A program made the position numbers and the translations under genes. Below, piece by piece: positions 20,501 through 28,970 of a stretch of 64,000 bases of DNA. This DNA is from a virus. Each line of letters begins with the position of its first letter. Position 1 is the stretch's first letter. The notes beneath the pieces were generated by a model that was not told the origin of the DNA, did not search any database, and was given only the letters and a program-made list of their open reading frames with translations. The stretch lies in IMG/VR virus record IMGVR_UViG_3300044701_001468. The stretch is one strand, 5' to 3'.

Positions 20501-23500
20501 AGTATCAACAATAGTTTTTGTGTAAGATGGTGAAGATAATTTTACTTTTTGATAAATTCTTCTTCGAGTGTAAATTGTAGTTTCGGTCGTAGACGAATTT
20601 GGAATAATATTAACGTCAACTATATCACCACGCGAAACTTTATGTTCTGTAGAGGTTTTCAGAATAGCAATTTTATCATTAATTGATATAGGTTTAATTT
20701 GACTACTTAAATTGATGATATTTACGATTGAACTGCCTACAGTATCAGATAAGGAGAAACTCTTTATGTAAAAATTATCATCTACAACAAAATTTCCTTG
20801 AATGACCTTAATTTTTAAATTATTTTTTAATTCTGAAGACTCTAGAATCAAACCTCTAGCTTTCTCACTAGTACATACAGATCCTGGAGTTAAATTATCT
20901 GTTAGTGTAATTAACGAACCTGTAGGAGATGAAGAGATTCTAAATGCTAGTGGTTCTGGATTTCTTACATAATAAATTTGGTTTGCAATTATTCCTGAAA
21001 AACTATTCGAAAATACAATTGGTTCACCTTCAGAAAAAATGTTAGAAGCAACTACTAGTTTATTTGAATTTACTTTAAGAATTACAGATTGTTTTCCATT
21101 CGTCAAAACAACATCTGAATTTGCTGTATAAGAAGAAGCATTATCTAAAATTAAATTAATTACGTTGATAGTGGATGATAACGTATTGGTAGCGTTAAAT
21201 GTTCCTGATACATTCCTCAAAACCAATGTTTTATCATCAAAAACATCTCCAATTAACTGACCAGACGCACCTGTTGATTGTTGCGTTACAATATCACCAC
21301 TGAAAAAATAACAAGAATTTTCTGTGGTTATTTTTACGGATTTTGTTTGTTGTGATTCGATTGATTCTACATTTTTTCCTTTGACTGACGAAACTTTGGC
21401 AATTAAACCAGAACCTTCGGTGTCGGTGTAGTCTACTTCTACAATGCTACCATTTCCAAACGTATTTGTTGAATAATCACATGTTGCTGATGTAACACTT
21501 CCAGACTTAATGGAATCTACATATGCAAATATTGATGATCCGTTTTCAGGAGTGCTCTGCGTCTTTAATCTACTTACTTTTTTGGGTAAATCTTTTTGAG
21601 AAATAGATTTATTATAATTTGAATCTACTGGGATAGAATAATAATTGGATCCTATAAAATATGGATACACTGGAGTATTACCAGCAGTAATTGTCAAGAA
21701 ATATGCATAAGTTCCTTCTGGATATTCTGGAGTGATACAGAATCTACCATTATTTTGATCTAGATCTCCAGATCTATGAGAATATGAATAATCCTCTATG
21801 AAAGATCCCAATGGATAGTCTGATAAAGATGGACCTCCAGATCTGCTAATGTTTAACGAATAACTAGATCTCATTCTAGAAATAGAAGAAGATGCGTTTG
21901 TTGGATTTGAATATCCATATGGACCATAAATTGGATTTCCATCATATGCATATCCCAAGATAGGTGAATGCGATAAAGTTGATGGAACATTACCTAAACT
22001 ATCTAAGTTATCATTTAATGATACTCTTAAACTTTTTGGATTCGCTAAGTAAGAATATCCATACCCCAAAGACGTATCATTATTTTGGAAAAAATAACCA
22101 TAATTTGCATCTAAACTATTTTGCAGTTTAGCATACCTATTCTTTCTCCATGTTCTTACTTCGCTTATAGCAGTTGCTCCAGATCCAACTGGTTCTATAA
22201 TTACTTGAACATTCTGTTGAGTATAAAACTTTCCTCTATCGTTTTGTACAAAACCAGTTATTTTACCATCTGTTGAAATTTCGGCAGTATAACTTGCGAA
22301 TCTACCTCTTCCCAGAGAATCTTTAATAATAACTCTAGGTGGAGATGAGTAGTATTCGCCAGGATTAATAATATTCAATCCAGTAATCTGATCTCCAGTT
22401 ACTACTGCTTCTACAACTGCATTTCTACCAGAAGTAATAGTTACTTTTGGTACTGGAGGGAAAAATCCAGATCCAGATGTAATAACATCAATTCTTTCTA
22501 CGACTTCGCCCGACATAATTGCCTTAGCCGATGCAACTATGTTATCAGAACCATCTTGAACCAATACATATGGTGCTGTAGCATATCCACTACCTTGAGA
22601 AGTAACTATGATATTAGTGATTTCGCCAAAAATTACTTTTTCAGTATCTTTTGCTCCCCTAATAGTCACTCCGTTTACTAAAATACCAATATCTGTATAT
22701 GGCGTTTCGTAAATCTCTGTGGTAATTGATGGATACTTTCGAATGAGTTTTAAATGCTTTTGATCTTGTAAAGTTTGAGACCAAGAGTTCAATCCAATGG
22801 CATGAGATGGGTATCCAGATGATGTGATATAATAATATTGCTCATCCTCATAAATTGCAGAAACTTCGGAGATGGTCTGCTGCAAATCTGATGATATTGA
22901 CGTATTAGATGAAGTAGGAGCACTATATGTCTCATTAATTTTCCATCTTACGTCATTATTCGCATTATCAAAAATAATTCTATTTCTAGTCTCAAATCCT
23001 GATCTTGAATATTGTACTAAATCGTTTTCTTGTGAATATGGAACATTAGAATCAATGTTCAAAGAGTAAATTACACCAAAGACAAGTAATTTAACTTCTT
23101 GTGATGCACCAAAGGTATCAACGTAACTACCAGTAACCAAAGAAAAATCATAAACTGGTGTATTTACTGGATGTGATTGTGGTGAAGATCCTCTACTTTC
23201 GATAGTAAATTGATTTACATTTTTTGATTTGTAATTAACTACTTCATTTCCTATTAAAAGTTGTCCAGATAGAGAATTCCAACCAGTAGTGGAATAAACG
23301 TAAATATTTTTATTTGCTCCATCTGAACCAGATAAAAATTTGGTTAAGAATGTTTGAGAAGCAACGGAAAATTCTCCAACAACACTAGACTCTGATAAAA
23401 TTAATTCGTAGAAACCATCACCAATATCTTTTACATTGTCTACAATGGCAAAAGCTGTTTTGATTGAAGAGTCAAAGGTATTTTCTGGTTGAGTAATTTT

Positions 23501-24292
23501 CTCCCCAATCAACTTTGTTACATCGCCAGAAATGACTCTTACTTTTAGTGAATAGTTGTCTATCCATTCACCAGATGATGATTTGAATGTACTTTCTCTT
23601 GGATAGTAAACACTGGGAACATCAGTAGGATCTTTAGCAATGATTGAATTGAATAAAAATCTAATTGATTGATCTGTTCCCTTTGACTGATAAAACTTCT
23701 TAATGTTCTTGATTAATAGAGTTTTATCTACTTCTGGTTTTAAATCTTTTTCTGGAAAATCACCAAGATACTGAGACTCGAAATTTTTGATTAATGAATA
23801 TAAAAATAAATTACTGATATTGGATACAATTTTGCCACTCAGGTGCTCTGTTCCAGTTCCTAAGTCTGCATATTCTACATTTGTAATATCAGATTTGCTG
23901 TACAGATCACCAAGTTTTGTTGTGGCGTTTATATTTCTGTAGCAATCAACAAAAGAAGTTGCTGTCTTTGTTTTGTAAAATACTGCTTCATCTTCTATCA
24001 GAATATACCCATTGGTATCTGGAAAAGACGATGTATCGGCAACATTAATGGTTGTTGATGTCGCTGAAATATTAGAAGTTAACGTAGTATTCTGTTGAAG
24101 AATAGTTTTTTCGTAAGTATCAATATCATGATACTTCGTTAAATTATTAATAAGATCTATAGGTTGCCCAGGCAATTCAAGCTGCTCGTAATATTTCTGC
24201 ATAAACGCAGAAAACTGAGGATATTCCGAAGAAATAAACTTTGGTAGTTGATCATCAACTAACGATGAGAGCTTTCTAACCTTGGTTGCCAT
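14567..24292 (-). CDS. gp7: Baseplate wedge initiator gp7-like giant protein
   Basis: 3241 aa between gp6 and gp8, with LPKFISSEYPQFSAFMQKYY, FYQSKGT, HSPILGYAYDGNPIYGPYGY and DSYFYQDYSYVIKS...HPAGFKVFGE motifs. Confidence 0.85.
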   Translation of the reverse strand: MATKVRKLSSLVDDQLPKFISSEYPQFSAFMQKYYEQLELPGQPIDLINNLTKYHDIDTYEKTILQQNTTLTSNISATSTTINVADTSSFPDTNGYILIEDEAVFYKTKTATSFVDCYRNINATTKLGDLYSKSDITNVEYADLGTGTEHLSGKIVSNISNLFLYSLIKNFESQYLGDFPEKDLKPEVDKTLLIKNIKKFYQSKGTDQSIRFLFNSIIAKDPTDVPSVYYPRESTFKSSSGEWIDNYSLKVRVISGDVTKLIGEKITQPENTFDSSIKTAFAIVDNVKDIGDGFYELILSESSVVGEFSVASQTFLTKFLSGSDGANKNIYVYSTTGWNSLSGQLLIGNEVVNYKSKNVNQFTIESRGSSPQSHPVNTPVYDFSLVTGSYVDTFGASQEVKLLVFGVIYSLNIDSNVPYSQENDLVQYSRSGFETRNRIIFDNANNDVRWKINETYSAPTSSNTSISSDLQQTISEVSAIYEDEQYYYITSSGYPSHAIGLNSWSQTLQDQKHLKLIRKYPSITTEIYETPYTDIGILVNGVTIRGAKDTEKVIFGEITNIIVTSQGSGYATAPYVLVQDGSDNIVASAKAIMSGEVVERIDVITSGSGFFPPVPKVTITSGRNAVVEAVVTGDQITGLNIINPGEYYSSPPRVIIKDSLGRGRFASYTAEISTDGKITGFVQNDRGKFYTQQNVQVIIEPVGSGATAISEVRTWRKNRYAKLQNSLDANYGYFFQNNDTSLGYGYSYLANPKSLRVSLNDNLDSLGNVPSTLSHSPILGYAYDGNPIYGPYGYSNPTNASSSISRMRSSYSLNISRSGGPSLSDYPLGSFIEDYSYSHRSGDLDQNNGRFCITPEYPEGTYAYFLTITAGNTPVYPYFIGSNYYSIPVDSNYNKSISQKDLPKKVSRLKTQSTPENGSSIFAYVDSIKSGSVTSATCDYSTNTFGNGSIVEVDYTDTEGSGLIAKVSSVKGKNVESIESQQTKSVKITTENSCYFFSGDIVTQQSTGASGQLIGDVFDDKTLVLRNVSGTFNATNTLSSTINVINLILDNASSYTANSDVVLTNGKQSVILKVNSNKLVVASNIFSEGEPIVFSNSFSGIIANQIYYVRNPEPLAFRISSSPTGSLITLTDNLTPGSVCTSEKARGLILESSELKNNLKIKVIQGNFVVDDNFYIKSFSLSDTVGSSIVNIINLSSQIKPISINDKIAILKTSTEHKVSRGDIVDVNIIPNSSTTETTIYTRRRIYQKVKLSSPSYTKTIVDTGLGSQRVLNNGSYNITSKSWTANTSVSSGEYLTYNSLVYQVTTSGITGNVPPSHSSGAVSNGTATLTRFYAYANSNFVTTGDYASTTSGNQTFTNVELIFNDITKCRDIEGRVVGNSSDAVIGKAGNTNNARATISVTNGVVTSITITSKGKGYKQGDLLTVQNSSLDRSVTTTSTRFLILEVTHVGFSTTNTRLYLNDVQSISNNDYLQLGSEIVKVTAISNNGLYVDVLRGQKETTVVNHFNNELVSSAYEKYTLPVDFHVGNTDKDGYVLSYDENSQELVVVYGVDRVLGSINSLYSGISFFDSSTPKKLVYVKDNIENQAYKFEFSYDNINWSRNPIIDVQKYYTYKFDTSHYSLTGSFLEFSPSGNFNIISTESLRNTILPGSPGSNIKVKFGFGSYYDNGVLSTTKETSTKYVNYFYFDKAGIIDSDKSYLKLIEDPLQGSKIVTYTTPNSIVYEMSSYPKYDGSGTIAYNTNSASSVGQINSVVIENQGKEFIKIPRVYGVRPAAENECVAVVNWNSIAKNISSINIISSGKNYSKPKAILLNTDGKFAEFEIIKDSNGSISGIVTKNRGVGYNRQPDIKIIETDVKIYFSSASIGVPKSISIIENGKNYNRDTTIRKIFTTPRILVVNNFPENAFIDGEEINQYDSGVLIAKGFVTKNGWRENTNILRIEKIEGEFKENLTIVGKIKNKTAYVVKSFVGLLSDNIKSYYDNLGYYASDRSKISSDSQRIADSYFYQDYSYVIKSKTPIDVWRSLVTQTIHPAGFKVFGEVSVESEVENKIKPVQPKIDHVSFIQLWDPEKNKVTIENTHRVITQSTFNLSNLNVIRGRGSVFASTFDTGEMLSYDIKLTPDFSGYFDSNGNRSGNKTFTITLKGSNTPYSVSNVNNVILSLDGILQEPGKAFTISGTQITFAEAPLGYRSVGGQPIPLSSYREGVDSPPQKIVARIIQFKNNELNNQYFKKIKDISSQFNGIASSFPLYYEDNSPVTLSSNENLLVAIDGVLQQAGSTPLLPLDRSYYIRRTTTPNEIVFVEPPRTFESTKQSFYGVSVSGYERLLIDSRFINGINAGPFILRSAVSGKTVIVDEDRNVLVFVDGVFQQRLKNYSINGSNIIFREPIRVGQKVNILYTYGRDYQKALNAFNYETSLFFNRFIITISGNLSSDYPIEIDGATIKSNTTQGIIRTSYYNGTNTELTIDSQNKRFISSENLEIVGYNGVTKQNLVIQSSRIISIQSFEKNDDQQDILRKSIPGWLLKNSPRFRKEDFVDVGDLLKIDGESEFRTILSKSDIVTKTSYRDVDDVNSNYYGKLGTSTYNGIGYGEGLDVSANIENGKVVSLTWNKKDWDSYVTKQIYPVAAGYGYETAPQLIFVAQAQKDEGGTIIAPAQGGGAKAYAIVHDEEVIDIVLYDQGSDYLVAPKVYISRGYDVIRKQRSIDVTQIIVSMSPKIENAGTLYITSGATFDDSPQPPIITISSVVAVTPFDTDRKITSIVQKSENVKLPVQKCLNVHTSVLNLNANVSSISTSVQFFFSNGQVPIEVVSLFQNATIIKAERELTSYVRTFAKANYLLAYRSLHETGAYLDSSLSLTDKIIYVPTTEKFKSFGKLLVEDEIVSYSSKLSDRFLGVVRGVDGTTIKTHPAGAFVRQYSDDVTIIDAGVDDISTIAKLDIQYASMSSVAPSITTISQLITDPKVQNISEQITTIVQKSVDVSSSGAVNDQYTSILQVTASIQFTENKITQFITTQVESKVENVPVVNVQKLVNSITLLNSTGFADYYEESVLLTNEVIQRNNTIIILDTPFNQISQRNGNIVVVNNANAQTSYKTQYTKLSLSNSLSRYNYWYNMNVGAAFVSQLSFNDISINYNYVTIEDFDVSNFSSFTKSRNIWNLSHPSIQNSIVLANGNTNLSVSNIINVTGNTTYFPSSGYLFTGNGSTYSVVQYTGKTSTSFTGCTLYKGSNIVSSTNNIMPYSV

Positions 24293-24299
24293 TTATATT

Positions 24300-26099
24300 C
24301 TACTCTTGAATGAGGGTAAATGAACTATGATCAATATCAATATCTAAGAAGATTTCTCTCTTAGCAATAATGTCATTATATTCTGGTTTTACACGAATTT
24401 CGATTCTATTATCGGAGAAGGTTCCTTTAATAATATTTAAATCAAATACTTGAATTTCTCCAGTGACATAATTAATTATTCCTTGATTTTGATTCAGAAC
24501 AATTTTTTCACCAGTCTGTGAGTCTAATCTGTATAGAACTATTTTTCCAGATCTATCTTCCAAATACACCGTATAAGAAGGATATTTCTGAACTACAAAT
24601 CCAGTAGAAGACATGGCATTGGTAGTCGAATCATTCAAAAATGGATTATTAAAACACAATTCATAATATGCATTATTATTTAACGAAGGATAAAAATCCT
24701 TTCTCATGAGAATTGTAGTTAAGTTAGATTTTATAGATCTATCAGAACTATCAACTACACCCACTATTTTACTATATCTAAACTTCCCACCAAATTTCTC
24801 AGTATCACTACTTGCAATATATTTTGCGATATTTTCAATAATCTTTGTTTTTAAAGAATCTGCACTTAAATTAGTGACAGATTGGTTGTAGAAAATGTTG
24901 CTGTACAACTCAACGTAAATAATAGAAGCATCAACAATTTCTGGAATAACAGATGCTACCGAATATTTTCTTAATTCATCCAAAATAATTTTTTTGGTGT
25001 ATGAAGAAATATATGCTGAATTGGTTGGTTTTATAGAAATTTTAACTTTACCATATTCGGGAGGATCTGCATTCTCTCCACCATAAGCAATAATATCTGC
25101 TATATTTGGATATACTCTTTTAACAATAGCAGAATAGTCTACAGCAGTTACGGCACGATTCTGTGCTCCATACATTGCTGGTGCATTGATTTTTATACTA
25201 TCAATGCTTTCTATGCCACTGCCGCCAAATGCTTTTGCAATAGTAGTAATGTTGTTAACTTGAACTATGAAATTACTATTTCCACTAACATCACTAACTA
25301 CACCAGAATAATTAAATATAGACGCTCCGTTGGTTGCATCTGCATTGGTAACTAAGTAACTTACTTCAACAACTTGCCCAGTGGTTAATTTTTTGCCAAA
25401 TACGCCATCGCCAAAAATTAACTTGTAATTTTCATCTTCAATTTCATTGATGAAGAATACTGGAGATGATGGAGTAGTGTTTAAAATATTGTCGGAAAGA
25501 ACATATCTTTCGTAGATAGATGCCGATGGAGAATCAAATACTCTAACTCTAATCGTGCTGACATCAATATTTGCGTTGTTTAATATTACATTAAACACTC
25601 CGCCGCCTACTGTGTAAGTATTGGTAACAAAAGTTCCTTCGTAAATTTTTAAATTATTGAATGATACTGTATTATCTGGCAATACATTTGCCTGCACATC
25701 ATCCAAAATAACATATTGATATAATTTTTCATCTACGTTTGTTAGAAACGCATTTCCTCTTCTTAAGAATACTGTGCTTGGTAATGTTGTTCCTTGTAAA
25801 GTCAATGAACAAGATACAGCAGCAGATGAAGCAACAGATGATCTTGGTGTATATCCTAGTTGTTTCGCTATAGCAACTACATTATCACGAAGAGTAGCAG
25901 AATCTAAAAATGTCTCATTAACAACCATGTTGGCGTTAAAAGACGTATAATAGGTATTATATGCTAATACGTCCAGTAATTGCCCTAATGTAGAACCCTC
26001 AAAATCATAATCAGTAAAATCCGAATTCGCTCTCAAATAATCTCTGAGAGCAACTTTAATATCAAAATAATCTAAATTTGTTAACTGATTGTATGGCAT
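24300..26099 (-). CDS. gp6: Baseplate wedge subunit gp6
   Basis: LDYFDIKVALRDYLRANSDFTDYDFEGS...LLDVLAYNTYY and QNRAVTAVDY motifs. Confidence 0.95.
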   Translation of the reverse strand: MPYNQLTNLDYFDIKVALRDYLRANSDFTDYDFEGSTLGQLLDVLAYNTYYTSFNANMVVNETFLDSATLRDNVVAIAKQLGYTPRSSVASSAAVSCSLTLQGTTLPSTVFLRRGNAFLTNVDEKLYQYVILDDVQANVLPDNTVSFNNLKIYEGTFVTNTYTVGGGVFNVILNNANIDVSTIRVRVFDSPSASIYERYVLSDNILNTTPSSPVFFINEIEDENYKLIFGDGVFGKKLTTGQVVEVSYLVTNADATNGASIFNYSGVVSDVSGNSNFIVQVNNITTIAKAFGGSGIESIDSIKINAPAMYGAQNRAVTAVDYSAIVKRVYPNIADIIAYGGENADPPEYGKVKISIKPTNSAYISSYTKKIILDELRKYSVASVIPEIVDASIIYVELYSNIFYNQSVTNLSADSLKTKIIENIAKYIASSDTEKFGGKFRYSKIVGVVDSSDRSIKSNLTTILMRKDFYPSLNNNAYYELCFNNPFLNDSTTNAMSSTGFVVQKYPSYTVYLEDRSGKIVLYRLDSQTGEKIVLNQNQGIINYVTGEIQVFDLNIIKGTFSDNRIEIRVKPEYNDIIAKREIFLDIDIDHSSFTLIQE

Positions 26100-26103
26100 T
26101 TCT

Positions 26104-26499
26104 TTATGCTCTGGTTCTTTCTAGAAATAACTCGATTGTCTGGTATTGTTCTGGCAACCCAACCACTTGATATTCTATTTCAATGTCATATCCATTAGCA
26201 TCATAATTTTCTTCAGCAATTATATTTTTTAACCTTACTCTCGGCTCGAATGCATTGATAGTATATTCAATTTCACTCTTTACAGCATCGGCATTAATAA
26301 AGTCTAATGGTTCAAATAACAAATCAGTGATCCTGCTACCAATGTTTGGATTGAAAAATCTCTCTCCAGGAGCAGTTGTGATTAAATTTTGAATAGATTG
26401 TTTAATAGCAGTAAAATTTTTAGTCACCAATAAATCATCAGTGACTGGATGTTTTGCAAACGTAATACTGATGTCTTTAAACGACCTACTTACAGGCAT
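26104..26499 (-). CDS. gp25: Baseplate wedge subunit gp25
   Basis: FKDISITFAKHPVT...AIKQSIQNLITTAPGERFFNPNIGS...FEPRV. Confidence 0.95.
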   Translation of the reverse strand: MPVSRSFKDISITFAKHPVTDDLLVTKNFTAIKQSIQNLITTAPGERFFNPNIGSRITDLLFEPLDFINADAVKSEIEYTINAFEPRVRLKNIIAEENYDANGYDIEIEYQVVGLPEQYQTIELFLERTRA

Positions 26500-26509
26500 A
26501 AAAATACCA

Positions 26510-26529
26510 TATTTATAGTATTATTTATA
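26510..26529 (-). promoter_or_regulatory. Two T4-type late promoters upstream of gp25
   Basis: The plus strand reads TATTTATA at 26510-26517 and 26522-26529. Confidence 0.8.
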
Positions 26530-26556
26530 CCTGTATGGGTAATGTCTGTCGGAGAT

Positions 26557-26757
26557 TTACACCATCCATTCGACATAATCATCAAAACCATCCTTACCAC
26601 CACAGAATTTTGACATTCTATCTTCTGGAGGATCATTTTTTTTCTTCTCTGTCGGAGTCACGCGCTTTTCATAACCATAATCAGTAATTAATCGCGTAGT
26701 TCCCCACATTTCGCGCATGTAATTAACGTCTCTATCTGGATTTGGAGTGTTTGCCAT
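26557..26757 (-). CDS. Cyanomyovirus-type hypothetical protein
   Basis: 66 aa (NPDRDVNYMREMWGT) with a GAGG RBS upstream. Confidence 0.8.
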   Translation of the reverse strand: MANTPNPDRDVNYMREMWGTTRLITDYGYEKRVTPTEKKKNDPPEDRMSKFCGGKDGFDDYVEWMV

Positions 26758-26812
26758 CTGTTTTTCCTCAAAATTTGATTAAAACAGAACTTTTTACGGG
26801 GTTGCTATCCCG

Positions 26813-26852
26813 AAAAAAAGCGGTATTTCACCAAAAATAGGCAAAATACCGC
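26813..26852 (-). terminator. Intrinsic terminator
   Basis: 9-bp stem GCGGTATTT/AAATACCGC (26820-26828 / 26844-26852) followed by U7 on the minus strand (26813-26819). Confidence 0.75.
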
Positions 26853-26880
26853 AAAAATTATCTGTATTCCTTCGAAATTT

Positions 26881-27027
26881 TCACGAACCCTGCCCGCGAT
26901 AACGCTTTTTGCGTCCATTTCGACTCGTTGCAGCAAGATTTGTATTCTTTGAGCGCCCTTGACTAGTAAGCTTGGGCTTTCCAGGCACGTAATTCGTCTT
27001 ATTCAAACCAACTTTTGCTTTTGCCAT
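26881..27027 (-). CDS. Small basic protein (48 aa, not in the track)
   Basis: Hand translation: MAKAKVGLNKTNYVPGKPKLTSQGRSKNTNLAATSRNGRKKRYRGQGS. It matches the K/R-rich cyanophage protein usually found near gp25. Confidence 0.75.
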   Translation of the reverse strand: MAKAKVGLNKTNYVPGKPKLTSQGRSKNTNLAATSRNGRKKRYRGQGS

Positions 27028-27037
27028 AACTTTTACC

Positions 27038-27412
27038 TCACTTTGCTTTAGTTTTTAATCCAATAAACACTTGATCTTCAGTAAATGGACCGAGAATAAT
27101 CGGTCTTTCTGTCCCCTCTATCACCGTAACATCTCCTGATATTACAGGTTGCAACTTACTAATGAATACATTAGGATTTGACTTGGCAATATATGTCCTA
27201 ACACCACTGGTTAAACACGGAAGAATTGGAATAATCGGTTCGCCAATCACTGGTACTGGCAAAAGTTTATGTTCAGCAAATCTAAATGGTTTTTTACCAG
27301 AAAATACATTAGGAGCAGCGATTTCAGTTCCTAATGGGGAAGGTTGAAATCTACAATTGATACCCCCAACGGAAATGGTATCGATTGATGCACTGAATGC
27401 AATGTTGGACAT
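27038..27412 (-). CDS. Probable PAAR-like spike tip (gp5.4-like)
   Basis: 124-aa Pro-rich beta-type sequence in the position of the spike gene upstream of gp25. A late-like AATAAATA lies at 27438-27445. The literal PAAR motifs are degenerate. Confidence 0.5.
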   Translation of the reverse strand: MSNIAFSASIDTISVGGINCRFQPSPLGTEIAAPNVFSGKKPFRFAEHKLLPVPVIGEPIIPILPCLTSGVRTYIAKSNPNVFISKLQPVISGDVTVIEGTERPIILGPFTEDQVFIGLKTKAK

Positions 27413-27627
27413 TATTGGTCGAAATTACTTTCGATCCTATTTATTCTAGCATACAGATCGTCCAGTGTCAAATTTAATTTTTCATAGTCCTCCTTATGCG
27501 GCGGACGATAATAAATCACAAACGGATCTGGTAATTTACTTAAACGTAACTCTATTTTACTTAGAGTTCTTTCTAGATTCTTTAGTTGAATCTCCAAATC
27601 CTTTACCTGCTGTTCTAGTGTCACCAT
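27412..27627 (-). CDS. Hypothetical coiled-coil protein
   Basis: The likely start is MVTLEQQ at 27627 rather than 27699. It contains the IYYRPP...LDDLYARI motif. Confidence 0.65.
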   Translation of the reverse strand: MVTLEQQVKDLEIQLKNLERTLSKIELRLSKLPDPFVIYYRPPHKEDYEKLNLTLDDLYARINRIESNFDQ

Positions 27628-27889
27628 AGAGATCTCGCAGGTTGTCTTCGAGACTTTCGGTAGACTCGATGTTGCTTCCAAAGGATGAGGAGTCTTCATA
27701 AATTACATTTCCAGTTTCATCAAAAGTTGAAATATTTACTTTGTCATCAGTGCTGTATATACCCTGATACCACTTGTCTGCTAACTCTAGCATGTGATCA
27801 GCTAACTTATCATAATCAGTGAAAGTTTGATCGTCAACCACTTCACCTTCCTTGTTAACAATTTGATAATTAATCTTCTTCTCGGTCAT
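27557..27889 (-). CDS. Hypothetical acidic protein
   Basis: Likely start MTEKKINYQ at 27889. Confidence 0.65.
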   Translation of the reverse strand: MTEKKINYQIVNKEGEVVDDQTFTDYDKLADHMLELADKWYQGIYSTDDKVNISTFDETGNVIYEDSSSFGSNIESTESLEDNLRDLYGDTRTAGKGFGDSTKESRKNSK

Positions 27890-28070
27890 TTGCAAATTCC
27901 TCGTCAACTCGTTCAACTAAAATAGTGCCATCTTTGTTCACACTCCATTCTAGCACATCGCCCTCTTCCCATCCAACACTTTCTAATAGGTCTTCGGGGA
28001 GTGTTACGAAATACTCCTGAAAGTCATCATTGTATTCTACCGTTGTTTCGTATACTTTATGCATTATCAT
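27870..28070 (-). CDS. AbrB/MazE/SpoVT-like small protein
   Basis: VTLPEDLLESVGWEEGDVLEWSVNKDGTILV fits the swapped-hairpin AbrB pattern. Confidence 0.65.
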   Translation of the reverse strand: MIMHKVYETTVEYNDDFQEYFVTLPEDLLESVGWEEGDVLEWSVNKDGTILVERVDEEFANDREED

Positions 28071-28091
28071 TCATATAATCTTTTTTATATA

Positions 28092-28274
28092 TCACACTTT
28101 TGAAAGAATACGCCCATGCGGTAACCATTTCTCACACTTTGAAATCCCATAAAGAAATTCATCATATTTTTTATATGTTATTGTTACCTGTCTTCCATTG
28201 GTGCTGAAAGCATGAATCTCCATGGAACTTTGGTCTATTATAACATAACTTATCTCTTCCACAACATACTCCAA
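28092..28274 (-). CDS. Hypothetical protein
   Basis: 60-aa ORF in series with its neighbours. Confidence 0.55.
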   Translation of the reverse strand: MEYVVEEISYVIIDQSSMEIHAFSTNGRQVTITYKKYDEFLYGISKCEKWLPHGRILSKV

Positions 28275-28396
28275 AGTTCTTTCAGTACTATGTAGATATA
28301 CCCAAACTCTTCCATTCTAGTCGTCTTGGTGGACCTCGGATTGCATAGAGTAATTCCAGATTGCCATGGGCGAACGTTTTGAGGTTTTTGAGTCAT
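28250..28396 (-). CDS. Hypothetical protein (48 aa)
   Basis: Likely start MTQKPQ at 28396, with a TTRMEEFGYIYIVLKEL motif. Confidence 0.55.
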   Translation of the reverse strand: MTQKPQNVRPWQSGITLCNPRSTKTTRMEEFGYIYIVLKELWSMLWKR

Positions 28397-28538
28397 TTTT
28401 ATTTGGGAAAAATTTTTTTTATAAACGTGTAATCGATCGAGCGTTTTCAAAGTTTTGTAGGTTAATAGTATCTATGACTTTTCGCTCGGCCGCGCCGCCA
28501 TAACGATAACGTTATAATATAACTGCTGCTCTGCCCCC

Positions 28539-28748
28539 TCAGGGGAGGGCAGCGAGTGCCTTCCTGATCACGGCGGACATGCCAGGGGAGATGGTGCTGC
28601 GCCCCTTGCTGCCATGCGTCGGCAGGATGATGTCAGTCTGCCAGGCGGGGTGATTCCAGATCTGATGCGATGCTGTCGTTCGCTTGAGCACGGCGCCGCT
28701 CGCTTTCAGATCTCGCTCCGCTTGCTTCCACTTGAGAGGTGAGGGCAT
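28539..28748 (-). CDS. hicA: HicA-family mRNA interferase-like protein
   Basis: 69 aa, basic. GAVLKRTTASHQIWNHP...IILPTHG...ISPGMSAVIRKAL matches the HicA (G/A)SH...HP...P-x-H...G pattern. Confidence 0.72.
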   Translation of the reverse strand: MPSPLKWKQAERDLKASGAVLKRTTASHQIWNHPAWQTDIILPTHGSKGRSTISPGMSAVIRKALAALP

Positions 28749-28772
28749 GGTGTGATAGGATGATGGGTCGGG

Positions 28773-28970
28773 TCAGTCTTCAAATGTGGGGAGTTTGGCG
28801 ATCGCCTCATCATGATGGGTCTCGGCATACTGGGCGGCGAGGACAGAGGCAGGCAGTCCCCAATGGATGAACTGAGAGGGGCGACTGCCGTTGTTCAGTT
28901 GATCGTGGCGGGAGATCCACCGAATCTGGCGGGTGGCGAGGTCAGAGCACTGGGCGAGGGGGAAGCGCAT
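28773..28970 (-). CDS. Hypothetical early protein
   Basis: 65-aa ORF just downstream of a TAGACT -10 (28992-28997). Confidence 0.7.
   Translation of the reverse strand: MRFPLAQCSDLATRQIRWISRHDQLNNGSRPSQFIHWGLPASVLAAQYAETHHDEAIAKLPTFED

Noticed and set aside
14-24891. Plus-strand ORFs in the track across the structural region
   Set aside because: They are antisense shadows of long minus-strand genes, with no recognisable motifs or expression signals.
27870-28748. AbrB-like plus HicA as a toxin-antitoxin pair
   Set aside because: They are not adjacent (two ORFs and a structured junction lie between them) and the folds are non-cognate.
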